NCBI RefSeq assembly: GCF_003918875.1
Contig: NW_025767181.1
Coordinates: forward strand, 186,001-250,000
From: Haliotis rubra
Lineage: Eukaryota
DNA length: 64,000 nucleotides
Reading direction: 5' to 3'
Part shown: piece after piece, positions 25,687-37,796 of the stretch
How positions within the stretch are numbered: the first letter of the stretch is position 1
Layout: each line of letters opens with the position of its first letter
Position numbers and translations under genes: made by a program
The notes under the pieces: generated by a model
What the model was told of the DNA's origin: nothing
Databases searched by the model: none
Seen by the model: only the letters and a program-made list of their open reading frames with translations

Positions 25687-27051
25687 TCACGCACCATTGC
25701 TTACACTCTCAGAGATGGTCGACATTTTCGTCTGAGGTTCGGTGAGAGAAGAATCCCGCTTGTACTTCTTTCGTCTGCAAATCGTGGCCATGAAGGGAAG
25801 TCGTCTGAAGAAGGTCCGTCGGTAGGCCTTACTCAGTGCAATGTAGAACACGAAGTCGGTGGAAAGGCTGAACATGATAAGTAAACCGTTGACTTCTTTC
25901 ATCAGCATGTTGACATAATGTTCCTTCCTATATATATTATAGTCAGCCACAAATGTCTGGACCACCGAATCTGTTGCCAGAGGAATTGCCAGCACTGTGA
26001 AGAGGAAGGTCGACGTCAGGATGGTGATTGTTGTCTGTCTCTCTCGCTTTGCCGTCTTCTCTGCGTCCACAGTCGTGTTCATCTTCGCTCTGTTCTTGCT
26101 GTGCATCCTGAGAGCCAGGAGGACGCACAGGTTCATGATGAGGCCGCACACGAGGACGATATAGGTGTACAGTACTTTGTTGGCCATTCCAAGACCAAGG
26201 AGGAAGTCCCTGTTATTTATGTACATCGCCGACGGAGTGATGGTATAGTCTGTCGAGTTGGGTTTGGGAACGATATCGTATTTAAATGCTCCCGGTAAAT
26301 GACAAGAAAAGCAAACAATCGTCACGGATATTATGAAGATAATTGGTGATTTGATTAGACGAAAATTTCTGCACTTCAAAGGGAAGGCAACAGCTAGGAA
26401 GCGTTCTGTGGACACCAGAACAGTCAAACAGTACATCAGGACACGGAGAGTCGCCAAACAGAAATTTGATCCATACATAGCAAAATATAGATATGCTTGC
26501 TTCTTGACAGCGTCCGTTCCGTATATTTGTCTAAGAATGTGCCTCGCAGAAGATAATAAGGCAAAGAGTAGTTCGTCAGTGGCGAGAGCTATCAGGTAGG
26601 TGCTTGTGGGACTCCTCATGGCGGGGTCCGTGTACACCAACAGATTGAATGTGTTGAGGAGACCTGCACTGAAGAACAGAGGAAAGACGAGGTAGCGACA
26701 TACGTCTCCTCCCAGTTCATATTGTGCTTTACTGAGATGTCCTTGCGTGATGATGGAAACAGGTGAAGTCTTCGCTTCTGCACAGTTGTTACTCCCCCTG
26801 CTGCACGACCCTGTCTTGGTCTCACCGTCGGTGTCGTTGAAGTCGGGATGTACATCAGATGTGTCACACATCATCTCGCCGCCCAGTAAATCTGGATCTA
26901 CAGTACAGTTCCCCGACCTGGAAACAGACTTTGTATCAGGGCTTGAGAAGTCCAATCCTCCCTGGTCACCGTAGTCCGAGGTTGTCAAGGCCCCACTCAC
27001 AACTCCCAGCAATATAGTAAAGCAACAGATGTAAAGTGTATGAAGCGCCAT
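25687..27051 (-). CDS. Class A GPCR, array copy 3
   Basis: Intact ORF (open to 27084) with the same 7TM motifs; type A signal peptide, divergent pre-TM1/TM1 segment. Confidence 0.9.
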   Translation of the reverse strand: MALHTLYICCFTILLGVVSGALTTSDYGDQGGLDFSSPDTKSVSRSGNCTVDPDLLGGEMMCDTSDVHPDFNDTDGETKTGSCSRGSNNCAEAKTSPVSIITQGHLSKAQYELGGDVCRYLVFPLFFSAGLLNTFNLLVYTDPAMRSPTSTYLIALATDELLFALLSSARHILRQIYGTDAVKKQAYLYFAMYGSNFCLATLRVLMYCLTVLVSTERFLAVAFPLKCRNFRLIKSPIIFIISVTIVCFSCHLPGAFKYDIVPKPNSTDYTITPSAMYINNRDFLLGLGMANKVLYTYIVLVCGLIMNLCVLLALRMHSKNRAKMNTTVDAEKTAKRERQTTITILTSTFLFTVLAIPLATDSVVQTFVADYNIYRKEHYVNMLMKEVNGLLIMFSLSTDFVFYIALSKAYRRTFFRRLPFMATICRRKKYKRDSSLTEPQTKMSTISESVSNGA

Positions 27052-27421
27052 CTCAAGCCGCCCGAGTCTATGTCCTGTGTGCATGCGCCGTACTTATATA
27101 CCCGGTGGCTGGGTAGAGTTGCTGAGACCATGTTGTAATCAATGCAGAGCATGCCACTATGGATCACCTGCATATCTGGTGATAATGTCCCTGCTGTTGT
27201 GTAATCTTGATTGAATTCGATTTCTTACAGAAAAAATGTGATTTCGTCTCGGAATTGTCTTGATATGTGAGCTTAGTTCAGAGCACGGACAACGATGCTG
27301 ACAGATAGGTAAAACACATTATTAAGACGAATTGCAAATGGAAGGTTCTTTATGGCTACGACATCCAAGGTCACAGCAACCATGAAAAAGGTTTTATGAT
27401 ACATATGTGAAGGCCTTTCGA

Positions 27422-27588
27422 CTGACTGACTGAGTTTGGTTTTATGCCGCTTTTAGCAATATTCCAGCAATATCACGGCGGGGGACACCAGAAATGGGCT
27501 TCACTCATTGTACCCATGTGGGGATTCGAACCCGGGTCTTCGGCGTGACGAGCCAACGCTTTAACCACTAGACTACCCCACCGTCCCT
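27422..27588 (-). mobile_element. Full-length family A SINE
   Basis: Near-identical to 11522-11683; TSD CCTTTCGA. Confidence 0.9.
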
Positions 27589-28186
27589 CCTTTCGAGAAA
27601 TAACGTATCTTTGACAAAAACCTCGACTCAATTCCGTATTTTACTTGGACCATATGCTTCCATGGCTATTTTTCATGTGAGCGATTGTTTTGCCTTTGCA
27701 TGGATTTGTGCCGGTGGGCACTCTTTGTTCCTGATTTATAACTACATATTTATGACATAGTAAGGGTAGCAGATTGGACTTTTAGTAGAGACTACTTGTA
27801 AGAATTTTGTCACTTTTTTGTCACTTTAGTAATTGTAAGAATGAGTGAAATTGTAAAAAAGACGAGTCAGTCCGGTCATAAACTGAAAGTATACATCCGG
27901 TGATTTGTATCTTTTACTTTACCCTAGTTGAATATATATGAATATCAGGAAAGCAAGACAATATTGTTCATCCTGTCAGCTTGGATGTCTCATATATCGC
28001 ACTTGTACCGAGGACTTGTTACGTTAGCGACTGTACCACATACTCTACAGTAAATCGTATTTTAACTGTGGGTCTACTTCATTGTGAATAAAAATTGACA
28101 GCAACTTTGTAACGACGCAACACTCAGTAAAGGGGAAAACAAAATATTCCATAATCATAAGAAAAAGTCCATTGGACGATTCCGAC

Positions 28187-28590
28187 AGTATCCTGAGGGT
28201 GGGTTTGTGAATCACACCATCCATTGGTGAGACAACAGCGAACAGAGTATCCTGAGGGTGGGTTTGTGAATCACACCATCCATTGGTGAGACAACAGCGA
28301 ACAGAGTATCCTGAGGGTGGGTTTGTGAATCACACCATCCATTGGTGAGACAACAGCGAACAGAGTATCCTGAGGGTGGGTTTGTGAATCACACCATCCA
28401 TTGGTGAGACAACAGCGAACAGAGTATCCTGAGGGTGGGTTTGTGAATCACACCATCCATTGGTGAGACAACAGCGAACAGAGTATCCTGAGGGTGGGTT
28501 TGTGAATCACACCATCCAACAAAGTATCCTGAGGGTGGGTTTGTGAATCACACCATCCATTGGTGAGACAACAGCGAACAGAGTATCCTG
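28187..28590. repeat. 59-bp minisatellite, ~6.5 near-perfect units
   Basis: GAGTATCCTGAGGGTGGGTTTGTGAATCACACCATCCATTGGTGAGACAACAGCGAACA; period 59 (28201 to 28260). Confidence 0.95.
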
Positions 28591-29530
28591 ACCACCAGGT
28601 GGTACCTATGACCAGACATATCAAACTTTCACCTGAGACAAGACAAGACAAGAGTTACATATCAACAAATCAATAATAAATAGATAAATAAGCAACACCT
28701 TGTTAAAGGAGAAGAAACATTCTACATAATTATTTAAAAACACAATACTTGATGGAATAAAAGATTTTAAAGTCATATTTGATGTTAGTTTTGGAAGCTG
28801 ATAACGCCGACCAGATGGTTAAAGTTTATACTCAGAGTGTAAAATGTGGGAGGGATCACTTAGAAGTCAAAGTCAGAATTCGGAGTTGCTTCAGACATCA
28901 TCACTGCAGGACCAGGTCATCAGCAGTTACCCTCCCACCTTTATGAATTATTTAAAAACTATTAAAGGTATTAGTTTACAAGAAAGCTTAACAACACAGC
29001 TTTATGCAAATTACGAAAACATTTTATCAAATGCATTCATATTTAGGTGAAATGCATCTTTTTCAGAAGAGTTAAATTTTCCTATTTTCGTCCATACCGA
29101 AATAAACCAATAACAGTGAATTAAATGTCCAAAAGAAAGGTTGAAATAAAATTCTGCTTTCAGACAAAGATAAACCGTTTAAAGTCACCCTTTTTCAACT
29201 ATTAAAACAAGAAACAGCTGTTGTGGAGTGTGTAAAATTGTAAAATAATCATTGCTATGATTGCAGTCTTTTAAAACATTTTCTGCTGATTTGCATTAGT
29301 GAAAACAAGTAAAACGTGTCTTTGATATTGTGAAAACATGTTTAGGAACTTCTTAAAATATCTTTGTCAACATTTCTGCTTGCAAAGTAACATTTTTCCA
29401 TTTTCTGTTTACACATAGATCAAACGCAGCAATATTCAAGCAGTATTTGCATCCATTTCACATGTAGAATGATTCTGTAGAGTATGAAGAGAGCCTAGGA
29501 TGCATGATATGATACACAAGTACGAGAAAT

Positions 29531-29782
29531 ATGCCACGATTAACTGCTGAAGAGAGAGAAAGAGCCATTGGGATGGTGCAGATGGGGTCGACATACAATG
29601 ATGTTGCCAACGCCCTCGGATTCCAACGTATCACTGTTATAAGACTTATTCAAGGCTTCAGACAGACTGGGGTCACCGTAGACAGACCAAGAAGTGGACG
29701 TCCACGCATCATAACGCCAGCTGAAGATAGGTACCTCCGTCACTAAGGAACGGGGGTAACGGTTCTTTTGGTGTTTAGTGTA
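29531..29782 (+). mobile_element. Internally deleted Tc1 element: N-terminal HTH coding part joined to a TIR-like end
   Basis: MPRLTAEERERAIGM...DRPRSGRPRIITPAEDRYLR is a Tc1 paired-like DNA-binding region with GRPR; followed by GTTCTTTTGGTGTTTAGTGTA. No matching left TIR found. Confidence 0.7.
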
Positions 29783-31212
29783 CACTGTGAGTTACATACA
29801 ACACACACATACATATGGAAATTTGAAATATGTCTCACATTATGTGCAAACGATGTAAAACTCACGCAAGCCGGTTTGTACAATCTCATAATCAATGCAT
29901 AACAAATACATAAGTTGCGATTATCTCAATTCAAATGTGTACATCCGGTATAAAATACGTCTGTCAGTTTACTTGATCGAAGTAAAACAGCGTGTTTCCT
30001 GTATTCTCCAGTGTGACTTGCCAGGGGCGAAGCACTTTATACAAGTACCCTCCTAAACAAATGAAACAAATCTGAATCAATATAGCATGCATGTTCTTAT
30101 CGACCTGCAGCTCAGCGTTTGATTTCTAGAAGATATTGACGTGCTTACATGGAGCTATCGATGTCTCATCGCCAAGCAATATGTAAACTTATCTTTGCTT
30201 TTTAATAACAGCAGGGTTTTTTTTCTCACAGTGTAGTTATTGTCTGGTGTATGTGCCATAGAAGCACGCACTCTCCAACCTCCCACTTCAGTCCGATCTC
30301 ATGATGGGCCCTACCATTGTTGCGTAACTGGCCTTTGAAGACATAGATTTCGAAAACAGTGTGATTGTCGCAATGCCAATTAAAGAGTTATTTCCGCATG
30401 TAGCCATCACTCCCCACTTCAAATGAAAATGCTGACTGGCTTTGTGGCTTGATTGGGTCCTTGACTGCTGCTTCAGCCTGTATTGAAGCACGAAGTAATG
30501 AGGGTTCGCAAACAATATCAGCTATATGTTTTGTGAGTGCGGAGGGCTGGAAACGGAAGGACAGAGTCATGGTTTCGGAAATGGCAAGGTGACAAATATT
30601 ATTGTTGTCTTATGTTGAATGCATATAATGTGTATGGTTTATTATTTCTGAACCTAGATATTCAGATATTGTAGTTTATGTGCATGCGAATAGATTCGGT
30701 AGCCCAACTAGAGAACCAGTTGAGTCTGGAAAACTATTTCAACTTGGAACATAGCTAACACATGACGTACAGAATGGTTCTTACATACCAGCAAGGTTAT
30801 GTGTAAGGTAGTCTGTGTAAAGTCGATGTTCGTTACACAAGAGGAAACATACTTGATCATGACGTAAACGTAGCTCTGAAAGTTGGCCCTTATGGCATAT
30901 TGCCAGAGTGGCTGATTCAGGACAGTCATTGTCCAAATATTTCTACAGGCCCAAAACTATAAATAGCCAAGACATGTAAGACTTAATTTCAATCATTTAT
31001 ATGACGCTAATCTCCATTCTTAATCCTCAGCACCACCGCAATGTGCACTGACATGTCAGTCAACCCGTTCCACGTACTGTCACTTTCATTAATCATAATC
31101 ATAATTTTAGTTGGTCATCTCCTTGGCCGTGCCTGCCATCACATGAATTAATCCAAGGCAATACTATTGATTCTTTATTTGCCCATTGTTGTGTCTTCGT
31201 CTGTTCATTGGT

Positions 31213-31215
<3 letters not shown>

Positions 31216-31294
<79 letters not shown>
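31216..31294. repeat. (TA)n microsatellite
   Basis: ~39 uninterrupted TA units. Confidence 0.99.
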
Positions 31295-31296
<2 letters not shown>

Positions 31297-31430
31297 TATA
31301 TACATGTTCACATCTATATTTTCACCAGTTCGGTATTCCGACCGCGAGCAGGTTAATGCCGCTCGTAGGAAACGCCCTGGGGTTGAGCTGGAGCTCCGTT
31401 TCATTATTGTTGCTATGTTGGCAGTTTACA

Positions 31431-31568
31431 GTGAGTGAATGAGTTTACTTTTACGCCGCTTTTAGCAATATTCCAGCAATATCACGGCGGGGGACATGTC
31501 GGTAATCGAACCCGGGTCTCCGGCGTGACGAGCAAACGCCTTAACCCCTAGGCTACCCCACAGACCCT
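31431..31568 (-). mobile_element. Family A SINE with internal deletion
   Basis: Tail and tRNA head match 11522-11683; middle ~30 bp missing. Confidence 0.85.
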
Positions 31569-34500
31569 AGTCAGTATACAGCTCTGATGTAGTAAATATT
31601 TTGCTTTGGAATGTTGTGTCGACCCAAATATCGTGGAACGCGTCAAAAAATAACAGGTTTACACAAAGGAAATTCTCTCTTAATCACGTATGTATTGTAG
31701 ACCCCATGGCCAAATACAGAAAGGGAATCGTATGCAATCAGGATCATCAGTAAGCATACGTACTTATAATAAAGGACGCATATCACCATAACATTCATTT
31801 ACGATTCACTTTCCAACACGCATGCGTCAATTTAGTACCGAGTGCCTCCCGAGACAGGTTGACTAACATCTAGCATGGTTACCTGTCTAGACACGTGTGT
31901 GGCGTGCCTGAGCAATGCACATTTGAGGAGATGCCCTTTATTCAAACTAAGGAGAAATCTATACACAAATTCTTGAGGATATCCCCTTTATTCAAAATAA
32001 GGAGAAATCTATACACAACTCTTTAGACTAACTTTAAGACTAACATTTATGAATCTTTTATTACATTCGACATTGTTAACATTTCATATTCAAATAGATA
32101 TGTGCTCATGAATCACCATAACTTTGGGATGGTGCTGGTGATGGTTATGTTAAGTTAGATAACACAAACATATTTCCACAAGTAAAAGAGAACACTGTCT
32201 GAGTTCAGCTACAACATAGGCATGTGCTTATATATCACCATGACTACTGGAGGGTGGAAGTGAGATAGAGGCTTGCATGAAGTATTTCAACATGTGTAAA
32301 CATATATACAAATGTAAAAGAAGTAATACTATCGAAAACCTATGATTTGAATTTCTATAGCCAGTTATATTCACATCATAGCTATGTTTGTTTCTTCGAT
32401 TATGTTTACCCATCGGGAGCACCACACGTGAAGTTTAAAAAACATTCATGTTCCGAACAAATGCGAGCATCACGTGCAATACTTTTACCCGTCATTAAGC
32501 TCATATCAAGTTTCAGTAAACTGTACCTACAGCTCTATAACTTGGAACATCAATTGATTTCGCTGTTGATAAGCAAATGTTGTCTTTCTAAAGTGACAAA
32601 TGCCCAAATATGGCAAGGTATTGGTACCGGCATGCTGGCATGTCATTGAGTGTTATTATGAAAGATGCTGGTTGATATCCATCGCTTATCGCAAGAAACA
32701 TCAGCGAAGTAATGACTGTAAGGACCGTCAGCGTTCACTTGTCACGAGTGACATCTTGAATAGTGTATACAGCTCTTCTCAGACTCACCAGACTTCATCA
32801 GCTCCTGTCAGGTGGCGTGTTCCACATCGTTGTTTGTCTTACAGAAGGGCCCGACATCGCCTACAATAGGTCGGATATAGAGCCAGAAGATCTATCAGAC
32901 AGCCGTTGTTATCCCAGAGCACAAAGCACCACGACTAACTTGGTGTCTTGAACTTGACGTCACGGGGAAGGGTCTACTAGACGCGAGTAGATTTCCTTTG
33001 GTTCCTGACTAATGGCTGAGCTTAGCTTGGCTCCACAGAAACACTGCATATGCACAGCCGAATATCTTGGAGCATGTACCGTTTGGCGGTGATTTGGTTG
33101 ATGGTGTAGTGATACCTGTCACGTGACTTTAACCTTGACCTTGTGACGACCAGAAAGAATATGGTGATTTGGTGCGTCAAGATGAGTACAGATCGCAATC
33201 ACATAGAGCATATTCAGTACATTATAGGTCGCAGTACGTCAGAGGTCCTCCTGTACACGGTAAAAAAGATGCAGTGTTGCGATACACTGTCCCATGTGTA
33301 GGTTATACAAATAACAGACATCCTCATACTCTTATGGTTATACAGACATCCCTCTCTTCCCCATTGCTAGTTGTTGAGAAACTATTCACAGCAACCCAGT
33401 TTTCTTCTGATTAGAGATAGCGGTACAAACTGTAGGCCGAGTTATTATTATCTGTGGCAACTTATCATGGAACTAATATGAAAACAAACAAATGTTCTAT
33501 TGTGGCCAGATTTCCACAGTCAAAGGCAACAGTGTTTTCCAGGATAGCTTTTTACTGGAAACAGAGTTATCTACCTTTTAGGGTGCAGAACATGACAGGC
33601 TTGATTATCTAGAGGTGACTGTGAGTGAAGAGGGATGTTCAATCTTTTTTTTTTAACTAATGTTGTTGCCAGTTTCCGACGCTTGTCTGGGTTCAGGAAC
33701 AGGCATCTTTTAAGACATTCAGCAGTGACAACATCCTCAACATTCGCGGGTCCACTGATATTAATTCTAATGTGTGTTACCTATGTGACCCATCATGTTA
33801 CCTTGTGACCGCCAACCGAAAATAGTGGGTTTACATATGATTTATGTAGTTTATGCCATTTTAAAATGGCATTCCACACTAATGTGGGTCCACGTTTCTG
33901 AGATACCACCTTTCTCATGCTTGTTCCTGACAGCAGGATCCGCTCACCCTTTTCGCGAAAACCTGACATGATCACTATTTCAAGGTAATACTTGATTACA
34001 TACAAATGATACAGTCAGAATCGAGTCTGCCTTTAGCTGAGATTTCAATTGCAGTATTGTTTGTTGTTAAATGTACTCGATATCAAATAAAAATATTCAT
34101 TAAGTGTTCCTCTTCTAACAAGGGATCAGCTCTAATTCGGAATCTCATCAGAACGGAAACAAATATATTGACACCTGCGACCTGAATATATTGCCGCCAT
34201 ATAAGAGAGTGTATTTGAAGGTTCAACTGAACCATAGCGAAGCCTCAGTCAACACTGGCAACACTGACTTTCCATTTTTGCTGTATTTTATTCGCCCACA
34301 CCATGTATCTCCCACCGTGCATCCGCCAATATCGTGACAGTACACGCATTCAAGCATTCGTCAACAATCTCCAAGCCCTCGACTGTTCAGTGTATTACAT
34401 ACAGTTAACGTATAACCTCATTACAACCTAAATGAAACTTGTCACTTATTTCCCAGAGGACGGCTCACCCACATGTGATCTGATTGAAGAGGCTATTTTA

Positions 34501-35270
34501 GCAATGTCTATCAGTCACGGTCTAAGGAAGCCACTGAAGCGAGGTCTTCCAGGGTTTCACCATAACAGAATGGGGGTATTATACCTGGTCAATCCAGGAG
34601 GTTCACCAACCGGAACATGGGGATGCGTCCAGACACCCGAGGTTTCGAAACAAAGGAATGAATATCAAATAGTGATATCTCAAGCAACCATTGGCTTATA
34701 CTCGAAGTTGATTTGTAATATAACTGATACTTCAACACTTCGAAGTGTCAAAACAGGCACATGGAACGTTACAGAAAACATAAAACATTAGTAAAGAGGA
34801 ACCTACGCTCCCACAGAATACAAGCCTATCAACTTGTCAGGAGATGCATGCTAACTTTAGTGAAAAGGAACCAGCAAATATATACAGAAAATATACCTTA
34901 GCTTCAGCAAACTGACAAGCAAGTTGTACACAAGGGTCAAGACAGACGCTGCTGTAAAAGTGCAGACTGTCGTTGTAGAAAACAACCTTAGAGCTGCGAC
35001 TGTCGTACAACAGCGCCCTGGGCACATAACAGTAACTGCAGGGAGGTTATACAAAGAGACTACACAGACACAAGCTAGTAAACAAGGTAAACAATACATT
35101 ATTTCACAGGCACTGTGCCCTAGGAACACCCAAAGTAACGAACATCATGGACAATTACAAGGCTGGATTAAATCGCTTGTCGGATATACAGCCGAAAGGT
35201 TGATGACAGACATGGTGCTTATCTTACCACGGGTTTGCTTCCCAGCGTCGATAACCTATACACATTGGGT

Positions 35271-36695
35271 TTATGCACCTACACTAGATGTTCCAGTAGC
35301 CTGTGCTTGAGACTGAGTCCGAAACGAGTTTCGCACATACTTCTGTCGTCTGCAGATCGTGGCCATGAAGGGAAGTCGTCTGAAGAAGGTTCGTCGGTAG
35401 GCCTTACTCAGGGCAATGTAGAACACGAAGTCGGTGGAAAGGCTAAACATGATAAGTAAACCATTGACGTCTTTCATCAGCATGTTGACATAATGTTCCT
35501 TCCTATATATATTATAGTCAGCCACAAATGTCTGGACAACCGAGTCTGTTGCCAGAGGAATTGCCAGCACTGTGAAGAGGAAGGTCGACGTCAGGATGGT
35601 GATTGTCGTCTGCCTCTCTCGCTTTGCCGTCTTCTCTGCGTCCACAGTCGTGTTCATCTTCGCTCTGTTCTTGCTGTGCATCCTGAGAGCCAGGAGGACG
35701 CACAGGTTCATGATGAGGCCGCACACAAGGACGATGTAGGTGTACAGTACTTTGTTGGCCATTCCAAGACCAATAAGGAGTCCCTTGTTATTTATGTACA
35801 TCGTCGATGGCGCAAGGGTATAGTCTGTCGAGTTGGGTTTGGGCACGACATTGTATTTAAATGCTCCCGGTAAATGACTAGAACAGCAAATAATCGTTAC
35901 GGATATTATGAAGATAATTGGTGATTTGATTAGACGAAAGCTTCTGGACTTCAAAGGGAAGGCAACAGCTAGGAAGCGTTCTGTGGACACCAGAACAGTC
36001 AAACAGTACATCAGGACACGGAGAGTTGCCAAACAGAAATTTGATCCAAACAAAGCAAAATACAGATATGCTTGCTTCTTGACTGAGTCAGTTCCGTATG
36101 CTTGTCTAAGAATGTGCCTCACAGACGATAATAAGGCAAAGAGGAGTTCGTCAGTGGCGAGAGCTATCAGGTAGGTGCTTGTGGGACTCCTCATGGCGGG
36201 GTCCGTGTACACCAACAGATTGAATGTGTTGAAGAGAACTGCACTGGTCAGCAGTGGGTAAAAGATATATCTGCATATCTTCTCCCCTTTTACGTAATTG
36301 GCCTTGCTGAGAGAGCCCATGGATATGAGGGAAACCCTTTTAGAATTCGTTGTCTTGCAAATAGTAATGTTACCGTCTTCTTCGTTGCACTTAACATCGA
36401 TGGCACCGGTGTTGTTGCGTGGGTCGTCTGAAGTATCGTCAAAACATCCATCAGAGGCATTGTTTCCAGTTCGACTTCCACCAGTGGTACATTTCGCTAG
36501 AGTAAAAGCCATACTGGCATTGTTCAGTCTGTCGCCACTCCTCAAATCTTGCTTTGCAGAACGTCCTTCGAAGCGTGATTGTGTTGTTCCATGCTGAGAT
36601 ATGGTTGTCTGTACGTTAGCCTCCGTAGTCTGACTCGCCACAGCCCCCAACAACATCATCAAGGCGACGACGACGACAACACCACATTCGACCAT
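35271..36695 (-). CDS. Class A GPCR, array copy 4 (type B ectodomain)
   Basis: Intact 474-aa ORF; signal peptide VVVVVALMMLLGAVA; same 7TM motifs; different C-terminal tail RQKYVRNSF. Confidence 0.9.
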   Translation of the reverse strand: MVECGVVVVVALMMLLGAVASQTTEANVQTTISQHGTTQSRFEGRSAKQDLRSGDRLNNASMAFTLAKCTTGGSRTGNNASDGCFDDTSDDPRNNTGAIDVKCNEEDGNITICKTTNSKRVSLISMGSLSKANYVKGEKICRYIFYPLLTSAVLFNTFNLLVYTDPAMRSPTSTYLIALATDELLFALLSSVRHILRQAYGTDSVKKQAYLYFALFGSNFCLATLRVLMYCLTVLVSTERFLAVAFPLKSRSFRLIKSPIIFIISVTIICCSSHLPGAFKYNVVPKPNSTDYTLAPSTMYINNKGLLIGLGMANKVLYTYIVLVCGLIMNLCVLLALRMHSKNRAKMNTTVDAEKTAKRERQTTITILTSTFLFTVLAIPLATDSVVQTFVADYNIYRKEHYVNMLMKDVNGLLIMFSLSTDFVFYIALSKAYRRTFFRRLPFMATICRRQKYVRNSFRTQSQAQATGTSSVGA

Positions 36696-37079
36696 GATGA
36701 CTCTGGAACACTGAGAAAGTGACTCGGCGATCGAATTGAGTGTCTGTTTAAGACTCCTCTGAGATTCATTATGGATGTAAAGCCAACAATCAATCTGTGG
36801 ACAAAAGAGGAAATCAACGTGGTGGCATTAGCAACAATCTATAACAGCTTGAGGCGATACAAGTTTCATGTTCTTAGTACATGATAATACAGTGTTGAGG
36901 CAGGTTTGATTTAGTAAGTTCTACTGAGAGTTCAAACAACAATTTCTTGTGACGACTTCTTCCGTCGACTTCAAACAACAGGTTCAAGTGACGAGTTCTA
37001 AGAATTAGGACTGGAGATGTGACTTCGTGGCAGGTTCCAATAAATGTTTTAACAAGTTATAATTATTGGAACAGCGTGT

Positions 37080-37598
37080 CCTGACGAGATCTAACAACGT
37101 GTAGAGACGACCAATACTGACGAGGTCTTACAACGTGTAGAGACGGCCTCTACTGACGAGATCTAACAACGTATAGAGACGGCCTCTACCGACGGGATCT
37201 AACAACGTATAGAGACAACCTCTACCGACGGGATCTAACAACGTATAGAGACGACCTCTACCGACGGGATCTAACAACGTATAGAGACGGCCTCTACCGA
37301 CGGGATCTAACAACGTATAGAGACGGCCTCTACCGACGGGATCTAACAACGTATAGAGACGACCTCTACCGACGGGATCTAACAACGTATAGAGACGACC
37401 TCTACCGACGGGATCTAACAACGTATAGAGACGACCTCTACCGACGGGATCTAACAACGTATAGAGACGACCTCTACCGACGAGATCTAACAACATATAG
37501 AGACGACCTCTACCGACGAGATCTAACAACATATAGAGACGGCCTATACTGACGAGATCTAACAAGGTGTAGAGACGATCTCTACTGACGAGTAACAA
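37080..37598. repeat. 36-bp VNTR, ~14 units
   Basis: CTCTACCGACGGGATCTAACAACGTATAGAGACGAC units; about 4 units at the paralogous site 47910-48068. Confidence 0.95.
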
Positions 37599-37796
37599 AG
37601 TACAGATTCACAAGATGTTTAAGCTTTGGTTAACTTAGTATTTAGGTTTGAGGATTTGAAACACTCGTCGATTTACCAAGTGTAAAAGCACCCGTAACCG
37701 CACCCGAACCCCCACCCGCACCCCCACCCTCCGTGCTGAGATCATAATGAAGTATATCTGTCCTGAAAACAAAGGTAAAACGTTAAAAGTGATATA

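Noticed and set aside
28187-28590. CRISPR-like appearance of this and other regular repeats
   Set aside because: Units are contiguous with no unique spacers, there are no cas genes, and the context is eukaryotic.
31099-31442. YIYI ORFs (and the VCVC ORF at 60436-60792)
   Set aside because: Translations of dinucleotide microsatellites.
37128-37598. 156-aa repeat ORF upstream of copy 4
   Set aside because: Product of the 36-bp VNTR with a TTG start; much shorter in the paralogue.
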